This document shows, one piece after another, positions 13,137 to 25,530 of a stretch of DNA of 64,000 nucleotides. The DNA comes from Balanoglossus misakiensis (lineage: Eukaryota > Animalia > Hemichordata). The DNA is taken from positions 5,668,137 through 5,732,136 of the forward strand of contig CM082595.2 of the NCBI GenBank assembly GCA_040954595.2. The letters are read 5' to 3'. A program made the position numbers and the translations under genes. The stretch's first letter is position 1. Every line of letters begins with the position of its first letter. A model generated the notes under the pieces. It was not told the origin of the DNA, made no database searches, and worked only from the letters and a program-made list of their open reading frames with translations.

Positions 13137-14952
13137 AACAAACGGGAAAAAACCCGCAGGGGATAAACGCTCGTCTACTTGGTGTGAACGTTTGGCATTT
13201 AGCCGCGACTGACACGATTTGGAAAAATGTAACACGCCTAACAAGCGACGAACGGCACTGAATGCCGAGTCGCATTTGTTGGCGATATGTTATCAGTTTG
13301 CCGAAGAGGGCGTTGTTGAGAAGACAGACGCCAAGGATAATTTCCAAGTTCAACATGACTGCAAGAATTGTTGACACCGGAGCATGTGAAAATCAATCCA
13401 TGTACGTGTAGAAAATATTGACCAATTTTGTTGACAAAATTTCTAACCGGACCACAAAATAGTATATTCCCGACCAGCTACCATAACTGCAAAACCAGAC
13501 CGTTCGGCGCTTCTCGTACATCTTTCCACCACTGCAGATGTTAACTTTCAGCGTAGTTTGCTTATTTTCTTACATAGGAAAAATACAAAGCTACATTGTA
13601 AATAGGACTGCTACTGGTACACCAAAATCGCAAATCAAATCAAGCTGTTTTTGGACCATCTCGTAAAAAAATCAATGTCGCAGCGATAAAGCCATAATTT
13701 GCAACGCATGTGACATTTACGAACTGTTTGAGTAAGATACTTGAATAAAATGTAAGCCAGTATTATAATATAAAATATCAAGACCTTTTAATATCCATAA
13801 AAGGTCAAAGAGTCTTGACAGAGAGATTTTAATGACTGTATATAATGTTTACTATGCAGTTTTACAATAGGTTCATATTATTCCGTTGAATAAGTACTAG
13901 TTTCGCCAATACATCCTTTTCATAAGTCTAGTGCTCCCATGCAGCCATCTTGAATTTGAACTCAAAGCGAGGCAAATGCTTAATTTAGATTCAGAATATA
14001 TGCATACGCCAACGTCTCTCCACTGTACAGTTTCTAGTGAAAGACACTCGTAGGCTCAAAAATCAGGGCGGTTCAACAACAGCTGAAAATGTAGCTAATT
14101 CTAGTATTTGTTCTATTAAATAACCGAATATTGTTTTGTCCCCCCCCCCCCGGAGTTTTCAAGGTTTGTAAAACCAGCAATTTCCGACACTTTTTGAAAA
14201 CGAAGTGTATATAAATTGTATGGATATACTGCAAACCGCATCTATGCCCAGAACTGTATTTATTTGTGAACAATGGATGTCACCGGGCCGGCCCAATGAT
14301 ATTGCCACATCATCATTGTTGGAGTAAAGTTAACACATCATTTTTGTCAAATGGAAAACAAACATAATCGATTGGTCAAATGGTACAATTATTGTCATAT
14401 TAATGCAATTTGTCTCGGGGAGCGTGATAGAATGAATAATTATGTACGGACCACATCCGAGATCATTTTTAACAATAGAAATGTTTGCAAAGGTTTTCAG
14501 GTTTATTTTGTGAAAACGATTTATTGAGGAGCGTTTACATCTACTTCGAAGTAGGTCTGTATTTCTATTTCTAGTTTATTTATAAAAGGAATTGAAGTCG
14601 ATTAAAAACGTTTGAAAAAGTAATCAAAATTCGTCAAACAAAACTCAGCAACTTGTTTGTTTATATTGGTATTCTACATGTAGGTACATAAGGTTAACTT
14701 TTACTTGTAACCATGGTAACGGTCTGGGATTTGGGAAGTCTTCCCTTAATGTTTATTAATGAAGCTCTGATTATCCACTTAATTTAATATAATTAAATAA
14801 AAGGTAATATTATTAAATTTTATATATATCTGCATGGTTTTGTCTTTTTTTATATTACGCAAAAAATGTTTTCATTATGGAAAATGATAAAGGAACGTCA
14901 CGGCTGATGAATCTGTCAAAGAACGGTGGTTTCAAATTTTATTCATGGGACA

Positions 14953-15485
14953 ATCGATTAAAAATAAGACTTTGCCAGCTAGAACCTTGACTTGTTTTGA
15001 CATTGTAGGCTGTAAAACGTAAGAACCACGATTTTTCGGTAAGACCCACGGCTAAGCATGAAAATGCCTATTTAAGAACCCTGGTGATTTCGGAGAGATA
15101 AATTACGATAACTGGTAATTTTTAATGAGAAATTATCATCGCATCGACTAAAAATAAGACTTTGTCAGCTAGAACCTCGATTTGTTTTGACATTGTAAGC
15201 TGTAAAACGTAAGAACCACGATTTTTCGGTAAGAACCACGGCTAAGCATGAAAATGCCTATTAAAGAACATTGGTGTATGAAAATGCCTATTTAAGAACC
15301 TTGGTGATTTCGGAGAGATAAATTCCGATAATTGTTAATTAATAATGATAAAGTATTATCGTATCGACAAAAAATATGACTCTGTAAGCTAGAACCTCGA
15401 GTTTTCTGGACTTTCAAGGCTGTGAAACCCGAGAACCTCGATTTTTGGTAAGAACCACGGCCACGCATGAAAATTTGTATTTAAA
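14953..15485. repeat. Tandem repeat, ~190-bp unit, about 2.6 copies
   Basis: Units start atcga.taaaaataagacttt at 14953, 15143 and 15363; the second unit has an internal ~30-bp duplication (tgaaaatgcctatt.aagaac.ttggtg). Confidence 0.9.
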
Positions 15486-15735
15486 TCCCCCAGGAGTCAC
15501 AAGGGCTTTTCAAAACATCTGCGTCACTCAGACTTGCTGTTGACACAAAGTACACGAATTCGTCACACGTTCAAATCATTATTCAAATACTCAGCGCCAT
15601 AAAACGAGGGAAATTTTCAAACAGTGTTCAGCATAGACATTAAGTGGCCGCGAGGGCATTTTGACATCTTTATGCCAAAGTACTGATTATACTTCATATT
15701 TCATGTGTGTAATCTCCTACATTTTGTCTCAATTC

Positions 15736-15973
15736 TTAAAGTGAAGGGGTCGTCGTGCCGCGTTTGTTTGTTTATAAACAATTCATCCAAAAATCCCTGA
15801 AATTAGATCATTCTTAGAATGAACGAAGCAGCCAACCATAGCAAAGACTGGACATGACAGCAACTGAAGATCCTAGTAGGTCGTGGCGACTGCAGTGAGG
15901 TTTGCTCGGGTATGGGACGACATATTCTCATCAGGGGGTACACCCACGCGGCGCGACGACCCCTTCCCTTTAA
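15736..15973. mobile_element. Kolobok-type MITE with near-perfect TIRs related to the family above
   Basis: TTAA|AGTGAAGGGGTCGTCGTGCCGCGT ... ACGCGGCGCGACGACCCCTTCCCT|TTAA (22/24 match). Confidence 0.8.
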
Positions 15974-16786
15974 CATTGGGCGCGATTAGATAAACGACAA
16001 TATGCAGCAGTTGCTTTATCCCAGGCTTCTCCTGACATAATCTGTGAAGGTTAGATTATCTCACGTCCCTCGTGTCCTCTTTTCCAACATCTGTCCCATG
16101 TGTCAAATGGAACCAGATTAAAATCTATTTTTCACTATCAGCGGTCGTCGACAAATATTAATTAGATTTCACACCCTGATTATCTCACATTCTGACAAAA
16201 CCTTTCCAGAACGACGGATCCTATGGAATATTATAACAAAAAATTAAGGTAAAACCTATACTTCCAGTTGTTCTAAAAAATATTCCTGATTCTTCTCAGT
16301 TGTTAACGCAATTTTTTAAACATGTGGTATCTCAGCGTGTACTTCGCTACATAGATATTTCACAGCGGTACATGACAAACGACAGATCCTTATCCCTGGT
16401 GCGAGGATGGACGATTACAAGATTCTCTCTCGCGAATATCTTTCCGGGGGGGGGGGGTATATCATATTCTGGTGGCGAGGCATCCATTATCCCGTATGCA
16501 AGGCACGCATTGGTTTGTTTGGCACAATTAGGTAATCAGTGAGTCACATGAATAAACATCTGCCATGCGTGTCAATAGCAAGCCCTTTTAATGTAATAAA
16601 CATGTCCTTGCCGGTCAATTTATGCTGTAATACTTGCATAAAGAAACGAGAAACAGCTGTAGCAACTCCATCCAAACATTACGCAGCCACTGGACATGAT
16701 GGGTTAAACAAGGTAGGGATATTATATTTTCTGTATAGCACATGGCGACTTTTATGTTTATGATAAACACATCATAGCCATCTGTT

Positions 16787-16920
16787 ACATGTTGTATCAA
16801 AGTTACCCGGGGAATCTGCTAAAAAGTAACAAATCGTTGCTTGTACTGGCGTACAGTGTGATACAAAGTAACAACAATTTCTTTGCAATTATGTACAGTG
16901 TACTTCAAATGTACAGCGAC
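16787..16920 (+). mobile_element. Decayed internal fragment of the minisatellite-bearing family
   Basis: acatgttgtatcaaagt...gtacagtgtgatacaaagtaacaac...tttgcaattatgtaca matches the family core. Confidence 0.55.
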
Positions 16921-19900
16921 CAGTGCGGCGTAATTAAACTTCGACGCATGCGCGGCACATTTATTCAAATATGCAATACATTCATTCACTGCCCTGGACT
17001 CTGGCTCATGTTCAACGCAACCTTCTTTCATGGTGCTGGTTTATCCACTGGGCTGTTCATTACACGGTTTCTTATATCAGAATAAGAACGGTGAGAAGGC
17101 AAGTCTATCATATTTTCGCTCCATTTGCCTACATGTGTTTTGTGAAGCATGTACCGACAGCACTGTGTCGCACATACATTGTACATACGACTGATGTAGG
17201 TTACCCCCACCCCTATACCTTGGATCAACTCTAAGAGTTCCCAGCAAATATCACACTATCAATATTGCAAAGTACGCGTGCACAACGGTTCTCAACAACG
17301 ATTTCATAATGCTATGAATATCTTCAACTCTGCCTTTATGTGTTAACTCGCGTGTTTTAGATAAACGCCAACCAGATGTACTTCTGGTTATCTTTTCCGA
17401 GACTTCTGTCTAGTTTAAGGGTGTACGATCAGGAAATTGAAAGTATTGACATTTCTTTTAACTGTGGACGTTTGGTTTCTCACTTGTATGCATAATGATA
17501 ATAGTCGATAATTGAAGGAAACTGCTGAGTAAGCATTTTTCACCAATGGTTTGTCTATGGGCAAAATATTCAGCGAGGTTTATCTCAAAATAGAGCGCGG
17601 ATACCATAAGATTTTATTTGACCGATGAATTTATTTTCATTTGACTGACCTATGTGTAAAATTGCATGAAAATGACAATAGTAGAAGTGTGTTTTCTTGC
17701 TATTCTCCCTTTAACTGTTTGAAGTCAATGTGGTAAAATCGGGAGGAAATACCACATTATGCTCACTGGCACGATTTAAATTCTAACAGCGTTTCGTCTG
17801 CAAATTAATTCCCTGTTAATCCATCCACATCCACTTTGCATTTTGAAGATATAGGGTAAAACAACAAAAATGTTTGGTCAATTTGAATCAATTTTCATTT
17901 GGGCTGGATTTTTCTGATTTTCGACTATGTAAACTTCATTTTTTATTTTAAGGGATTAAAGTCTTTTAAATTCTGCAGCTATAAGATGATCCTATAATAT
18001 ATCGATAGCAACAGAAATTTACAGAAAAAATATTAACCATTAGTGCATACACCATACATCAAATAAACACACGAATAAACGCGTTCTCAATGTGATTCCT
18101 ACTGGTTTAGTTTGAAAACCCAACGGGCAAGCTTTTTTCATTTGTCACACTAGCAATATTAGCAGTACAAAAATTACCAGTGCGTGAACGCTGGATTAAC
18201 TGGGCAATACAACTCGCGGGAGAATGCTATTTTACATTGCCCTGACTTGTACATAAAGTGCAAAGGACTTGATTTGATGGGATTAATATTGATGTCCACA
18301 TCTGTCGTTCTATACACAGCTCTCGAGAGATTTTAACGCAAAACGACTCCGATAAGGCCAGGGGAGGCCTACACGTTTTTTTTGCAAGAGAACAGGGTGG
18401 CCAGCATTTTTTCAGAGAACGGCGAGGTTCCACTATAATGCCTTGCCTAACAGTGATCCACGGTATTATTATATGATAATAACAAACATAACAGTTTCGT
18501 CCCTTTTAATCTCCTGACAATCTCACTGACTGACTGACCGGCAAACAAAAGCAACATGAAGCCAAAACAAAGTCAGAGAAGCAGCGAATACAGAGATGGC
18601 AATATAGCCAACTAATAATGAGTAATACAATATAGAGAACCACCCGGCTTCAATTGAATACCTAACGCCACCGTCACACTGGTAAAAATTCGAAACTTTT
18701 CAGCGACACTATTTGCCTTTTGTAAACACAGAAAATTAATCCTTTGAGTCGCTTTTAGAACCGCTTAAACCGTTCACACATAATAATTTACGCCAGTATT
18801 TGATCTGAGACGTTTCAGAAACGTCCCAATGGTCTCTGTGTGACCCCCATATAATTCAAGCCAGGAACGTGGAGGGTTATATAACGTATATGTCAAGTAT
18901 GAGAACATGTTATTGTAATCAGCCATTTCCGATTTAAACTTACAGGTATGTGGACTATTTTGAACATCAAATATTACGAAAAGCCTAAAATTTACATATA
19001 CGACGTGGTATTATATTTCCATACATTATAAATCTAAATGTGAATAACATCTCAAAATCATTCGCACACAGAAATACACTTTTACTAACAAAATTGGCAA
19101 GTGACTTTGTCACAGCCATTGGTGGTGATTATCCCGAACAAACAATGAATTAACATGTGGAACTACACTGTTTATGTTTAATATGAATCTTGTTGTAAAA
19201 CGAGAAATGCTATTGGTGTTCGTATACGCATGCGTGGAACATTTGTTGTGGTTGAACATGCCAAAGTGAACAAGCAACTAGAAGGCATGCAGTATAGTGA
19301 TGTTCCCTTAAATACTGGCAAGTTGTTTTTTTACAATTGTGCTTGACAGGTGAGTATGTCATTTCGTTAATAACTATAGTCAAAACAGCCAAGGGACAAT
19401 CGACTCAATAGGCTGTAATAACGCCTGCACTATGAAAGATGAAATAATTATAGAAATCCATTTAGCCATAATGTCAACATATCGCACCCTTCCACAAAAA
19501 CTATATCCCATCACTTGATCATGTTGCATGTAACGTATGAAGTAACTCGACACATCTAATCCGCGCAGGATTTGCCGTACAAAAACCTGGATACTTAATT
19601 TCATGTTCAAATCAAACAAAACCTTTCAAGGCTCTCAGTTGCAGTAGAAGAAATTGAGTCTGCTTCACCATTCAAAAGTAGTACGCCGCTAAACGAGTAT
19701 GCTTTAACAACAATATTCCTGTCCCATCTGTTATGGCATGAATTTATTTCAGTATTCAAATGAACGGTCATGTTACTTGTACTAGTATTAACATATAATT
19801 TTAAAATAAATATCGCTGGTAGTTTAGTTCCTGGCCATTCAGTTGTATTGTTTCCCCCACACAATCATACAAGAGCTCGATTCTTTTTAATTACAAAATA

Positions 19901-21922
19901 AACCATAGTTTGGTAATAAAAATGTTTGATATTAAATACAGTTATATAGGGCAGAGATCTCGTCTACAAAATTGTGTTATGAAACATGTTTTATATTACA
20001 GAGGATATAGTGACAAAAGACAACCATACATATGTATATATTTGTCTCCATGTATTGTAAAATTCCCGGGTAACTACATGTATATATTAACCGTCTAGTC
20101 TGTATACATTGCCTTGCATTGAACGTACTGCAAACTGATTAAAAGGCGACATTAAACATGACTAATATAAATTGCCAATTGACCTCGTCAACGATTACAC
20201 TTTTGTTCAAGTGTCATCGCTGTAATTGCAGTGGGAGTATTTAACAGACGCGGGTTCACAGCAGTGTAATTTTGATAATATTAAGTGATACCTTGCATGA
20301 TCAAGGTACAACTCACTCGTCAGACACAAGACAAGCCTAATTAAAATAAAGAGAACGCATTTCGAAGTGAATTTCTCTGTCACACATCTTTCTTCCTATC
20401 ACAACACATTGTATAGTAGAGATTATATTTAGAAACTAATCCCCGAGCTCTTTAAATGTAAAACATGCCCGCCGCAGTATAAAAATACACCATCCACGTT
20501 AACACTGGTTGTTCTAACTCTCGTAAATTATGAGAAAACGACATAAAATAGGTATGTGACGTAATTTATAACGTTTTATGTCCTTATCTTCCTTATCAAC
20601 ATTCGAGACATTCAGTAACAATTTTCGCTGTGTCTTGTTGCCGCATAGCCGAAAGCTGAACTGGCACCTTGGACTGAAATGAGCGTGTTGAATACATCAT
20701 GCGGACTATTACGAACTGTGAAAGTAATTTGATGTGTTCAAGTCAATTTGATAGCCTTATACTACCTGTATAACTATTTTTACCTATCTTAATGAAGTAA
20801 TTTTGGATACGCGTTGCCCAGTTGCAAAGTCATTTAAATAAATGATTGATTGATTTTGTTGGTTTTGTTGAATTCCGTCAAGGTAATTGCAGCCAAATGA
20901 CATGCATTTTATTATCTGTAGCAAGTTTGATCATCATAGTCACTCTATGGTTATACTCAAGGCAACTACTTATTTGGCGCGCTGGCAAACTGTAAGCCAA
21001 CATCTTGTCCACATCACTGAATAATGTCAAACTCCTATATGAAGCAGTCAGTGGAAAACGACGAATAACCTGAACAATACCGCTCGCACAATTTTACCTG
21101 CTTATATCAGTTTCCATGTTAACGACCTCTAAAAGCTCATTTCGGACAGCCAGTTCGAGGTAATCGCCTTGTTTTTGCGTAACAAACTTGTTATTCATGC
21201 AAAGTCTAATTGAGGACCATGAAACTAAGCGGGTAGCAGCCACTAAAAGTGACTTCGCCAAACGGAAGAACAGAAATAACCTGGCGTATGGGTTAATGAC
21301 AGAAGGGTTTCAAAACATGACGGTGAAAAGGTGGTGATTGCGATGGCATAGTCTGCTACACGACAAACCTACCTAATATTCATGACTTCTGTTTGTCTTT
21401 ACTTATTCTAACGTAGTATTGCCACTTGTTACGACGTCATGCCACTAATGAAAACACCCCTCGATATAAATGTGTTGAAACCAGGGTTGAGATAAGCTGA
21501 TACATTCATGTCACTAAAGAATTTATTGCGGTCTAAACTCCAGGTGGCTTTTCATTTTCACCTTGAATGTACAAAAGATACAAAGTGTTTCATTTTTATT
21601 GTGTTGATCAAAAACAATCTTAGGTCAGTTCATTCCTTTTGTGCAGCTCAATCTGTTTTCATTGTAAATTGTCAATAAGTGTTTCATTTTTTTCCGCGTG
21701 GGTAATTATGCATAAGTTTTTTTGGCGTGGTCTGACTGTACGGCATCAATGAAAAGTAAGATAAGGCATAGGGAAATGACGCCCGCATGCGGGCAGTCAT
21801 CAATTCTGAGCATCTGTCACATTCAATGAATATAGTTTTGTCGCATTCGTTATTTATAAATTATTCATGACAAGTATCATGTTTGTTTGTTTTACAGGCA
21901 CCTTTAAAACACTACAGATGAG

Positions 21923-22759
21923 ATGAGAACGTCATTAGTCTTGGGTGTAGGCCTATCGCTTCTTCAATTTCTCATTTTGTCACCGGGTGAGTCTGCTGAG
22001 ACGCCGTGCCCGGAAACGTGCACGTGCACCAGGATAGCCGGTGGTACCGTCCAAGTTCACTGCACTGATTACCAGGATCCGAAAACAAGCGGGGATCCCA
22101 ACAATGTAACTTACGCTGTACATATAGACGAGGACGTAGATGCGGATGCCCACACACACCCCGGAGCAATACTCCTCGACGCCGAGAACGGCGAATTGGT
22201 GAACTACCTTCTCGATTGGGCGAAGCGAGGCGACACCCTGACGTCGGACAATCAACCGGCGCTGAGAATCGTGGTCGGTGACGTAACGAGCCTCACTGCC
22301 ACCTTTCTGGTGTCGGTCTCGGCCAAGCAGGCCATACCTGAACACAGCTTCGTTTACCTGCTCGCGAATTACCGCATCGCGGGCAGTGAAAACGTCATAC
22401 GGCACGCGGCGGCGATGGAGGTTGATCGCCATCACCAGGCAACACCGAACCAAGTCTCGTTGCAGCACACGCTGAACGACTTACACCCCCAGTCTCACGT
22501 TATTGTCTGCCTCACCGCTTTTCTCGCGGGTCCCCCCGAACAGGTGAGCAAGAAACGGTGTGTTGACATCAACACTCCTCTGGGCGTGGACGTTTACGCC
22601 GGGCATCCCGAAAACCACGACCACTCCATCTCCATGAAAATAGAATCAGGCACGATAGCGGGTATTTTCGTCATAGCAACGCTGTACGTAATTTTCATGA
22701 TGTCGGATAAGATATTTTGTCAGCGGAAAAAGTCGAACGTTGAAGTTTATTTTGTATGA
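21923..22759 (+). CDS. Single-pass membrane protein: signal peptide, LRRNT-like Cys cap, FN3, TM (no LRRs); paralog 2
   Basis: 278-aa ORF; acceptor gtttgtttgttttacag ends at 21897. Signal peptide MRTSLVLGVGLSLLQFLILSPGESA; CPETCTC...VHC; shares YxIAGSENV, LHPxSxxxVCLTA and SKxxC with paralog 1; TM GTIAGIFVIATLYVIFMM; ends EVYFV. Confidence 0.85.
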   Translation: MRTSLVLGVGLSLLQFLILSPGESAETPCPETCTCTRIAGGTVQVHCTDYQDPKTSGDPNNVTYAVHIDEDVDADAHTHPGAILLDAENGELVNYLLDWAKRGDTLTSDNQPALRIVVGDVTSLTATFLVSVSAKQAIPEHSFVYLLANYRIAGSENVIRHAAAMEVDRHHQATPNQVSLQHTLNDLHPQSHVIVCLTAFLAGPPEQVSKKRCVDINTPLGVDVYAGHPENHDHSISMKIESGTIAGIFVIATLYVIFMMSDKIFCQRKKSNVEVYFV

Positions 22760-22877
22760 GGACACATTGGCTCGATAATTACATTTGCCGATTCTTGGCT
22801 GTTCTATTCTCGGATGTACGCCACCAGTGGCGAGAGCAGAACAACCCTGGATCAGACTGGCTTTACATGTGCTATGA

Positions 22878-23130
22878 TTAAAGGGGACTGTTGTCTGAAC
22901 TGCGCATGTGCGACGTTTTGTTTATAACACACACGGGCATTGTTCAGAGAGACTGTGCGAACCACTACATGTTATATTAAATTAAATTTTGAAATAGGAT
23001 AAAAAGTAGCAACGAATTGATTGTCATGATGTACATTGTAAATACAATGTAACACCCGCATATAGCTAGTTTGCAATTATTTACATTGTTGCAACTACAC
23101 ATGATATGGCGCCTATTTCGCTGAATAGCA
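22878..23130 (+). mobile_element. Kolobok-type family copy downstream of paralog 2
   Basis: TTAA|AGGGGACTGTTGTCTGAACTGCGCATGTGCGAC, then family core; 3' end truncated. Confidence 0.7.
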
Positions 23131-23738
23131 GTTCATACAGGGAGATATTGCAATATGACCGAACAACAAAATAACCTAAACCCTACTGAGAAACTAATGA
23201 CTAACGGTGGCAGAGTATTACAGAATCTAGTTCGTTTTCTATTGTTGGTCAGTTCCCTGGCATTTTCAGTTCACTTTTCAAACAGGTGTACAGCAAAGCC
23301 CTATCTTCACATTGTAATGTTTATCAATTTAATATATTCATACAAAAATTATTATTTATGCTATATTTTACATGAAATATTAAACCTGATAAAGTAGGTA
23401 TGCCTTTAAACATGTACATATACGCTGTCACATATCGGGTGTATTTTCTAGTGACCTATTAATTATTATCACGATTAACAGTTCTGGATTTTAAGCTCAG
23501 TCCCATTATGTAGCAGAAAGTCTTGAATGCCCTTGACCTGGAACTATGAATATCAAAGAAAAATTCTACACTTCTACAGTACAATTTTTTGCAGCAATTC
23601 TCGGAATCCAAAACCAGGAAACGGAAATATACAGTACAACATGCACGTTTGCCATTCAGATCCACCGGACTATTAACTTCTCTCTTGAACATGTGTCGAT
23701 ATGTGAACACGATCATCGATTGGTATACTCAGGAAAAT

Positions 23739-24347
23739 TTACAACCTATCATCCATGCCCTGTGTCATTTCGAAAAGTCGCGCTATAAAACGCACCACTG
23801 CAATATAACGAAACTGAGACACTCTTTCAAGTTCTTCGTCGTCCTGACAATTGGCTTTCGTCGAACAGATGCCCTCCAGTCCAACAGCCGAATATATGCG
23901 GTGTTTTTGCCGGCAGTGTCGCTCGACGCCCCCGAGGCTGGCAAACGTGCTGCCGCACCGAGGACAGAAGAACGGCGACATGTGGGTGCGCTTGCAGTGC
24001 GTCTTGATGGCGCATTCGGCGCCGCGCGTCGCGAACTGGCACCCCGGGAACGGGCAGCGGTATCTCCCGTTGGCGTCGCGTCGCTTGATGGTGCAGCACA
24101 CTTGCAGACCGCTCAGCTCTGTCAAGTCGCTCACTCGCACGCAGTAGTACGACATGTACTCCTCGTCACCCAGGACACCTCCTCGAAAAAGCGGGATCCA
24201 ATCTGCAGGCGTGCTTCTCGCGGGATTTCGGGGATCAAGGTTAATGACTGAAGAATAAACCTGATGTGTGCCTATTCTTGGGGCGTCGTGGCCCGAACGA
24301 CATTCGCAGCTCGGGGCGCATGGTTCAGAAGTGGCCATGTTCGCCAT
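23739..24347 (-). CDS. Small orphan C2H2 zinc-finger protein (2 fingers), about 202 aa
   Basis: GC/CpG-rich ORF with YRCPFPGCQFATRGAECAIKTHCKRTH and FFCPRCGSTFASLGGVERHCRQKH. ATG in caaATGg context at 24347; minus-strand acceptor tttcccacag just upstream (exon start 24392) followed by an in-frame TAA; upstream gtaagt donors at 24834 and 25084 suggest non-coding 5' exons. Confidence 0.65.
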   Translation of the reverse strand: MANMATSEPCAPSCECRSGHDAPRIGTHQVYSSVINLDPRNPARSTPADWIPLFRGGVLGDEEYMSYYCVRVSDLTELSGLQVCCTIKRRDANGRYRCPFPGCQFATRGAECAIKTHCKRTHMSPFFCPRCGSTFASLGGVERHCRQKHRIYSAVGLEGICSTKANCQDDEELERVSQFRYIAVVRFIARLFEMTQGMDDRL

Positions 24348-25140
24348 TTGAACACGAGAGTACAATTTTGAGGACGGTATGCTTTATGACCTCTGTGGGA
24401 AATTGCAGCGTTGCTGACCCAAGCGATTTTGCATCAAGGAACCAGTCAGCGTTTTGGTGATGAACGTATACTAGTAAATGCCACACTACAACCTGCAAGG
24501 CAGCCGCGGATCGGCCGATTCCTTTGAGGCTGCGATTTCTAAACGCGGGAATCCTGGCCGACGCTGGTAGTGTGCAACAGTCTCGTCAGGTTGTTTTTGA
24601 TTGGTCAGTTCCTTCGTAAATTCATGCTACAAACAGGTGCACATCAGGTTCATGAATGCTTGAACCTATGAGGACAGACCTCCCAAAATGCTGATGACAG
24701 TTACCCCACCTACACTGTTTACTACGTCTTAACCTGTGGTTGGGCTGCGTAACTTCTGCAGTTTACCGGCAATAAATTAGAATAGCGCTTACAAACATAT
24801 TTCTCATACGGAACGGTGTAAAACAAGTACTTACGGATACAAAGGCGTCATCAGCGCAGGGCACTTCTTGACTAGACTCCGACAACGCGATCCCATCCAG
24901 ACCATCTACATCCGCGGCACACGCGGAACGTAGGCTAAGTAGTAAGGCTGCTGACGACACCAGGTTCTACAACGACACATGATAAATGTTGAAACGATCC
25001 AAAACGAGCCAAACGACCATAAACCGGCTGAAACGGGCCATTTCATCAAGGACACGACATCAAACAAGCACTATAGGTACTTACGAATAGAGTAAAATGA
25101 CGGAATTCAGAGGAACGCGTCGAAAACACGTGGAAACTAC

Positions 25141-25178
25141 CCACGAGTGAGGTCAGCGGCCACGAGTGAGGTCAGCGG
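25141..25178. repeat. Perfect 19-bp direct repeat next to a YY1-like motif
   Basis: ccacgagtgaggtcagcgg twice, followed by ccatatt (minus strand aatatggccgc); likely promoter/first-exon region of the zinc-finger gene. Confidence 0.7.
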
Positions 25179-25399
25179 CCATATTGGTAGTAATTACTAA
25201 CTTGTGGGCTCCCTGAGGGACCCTTGCCAACTCTTAAAAGCCCAAAGAATGCTGTACAAAATATGGAGAGTATTGTGGACAGAATTAATGCTCCAGATAA
25301 AAGGACACAAGCACCATAGGTACTTACGGATATAGTAAAAAATATCAGACTTGTGAAAACGATATTTGGGTCTTTTCACTCATAATTTTCAAGGTCATT

Positions 25400-25530
25400 T
25401 TGTATAGATGATCTTTCGTTGGTAAATATTGTTTTCTACATTTGTCATTGAAGGGACATACAACTAAAAAGTAACATCTGTCTTCTACATGTCCGCTAGT
25501 GCATAACATACAATTCCTTGTTAAACTGAA
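25400..25530 (-). mobile_element. Decayed non-LTR retrotransposon ORF2 C-terminal zinc-knuckle fragment
   Basis: RNCMLCTSGHVEDRCYFLVVCPFNDKCRKQYL resembles the CxxC...EDExHFLxxCPxYxxxR motif at the end of LINE ORF2 proteins; isolated and degenerate. Confidence 0.55.

Noticed and set aside
23589-24251. 220-aa plus-strand ORF
   Set aside because: Antisense shadow of the GC-rich zinc-finger ORF; non-ATG start and no motifs.
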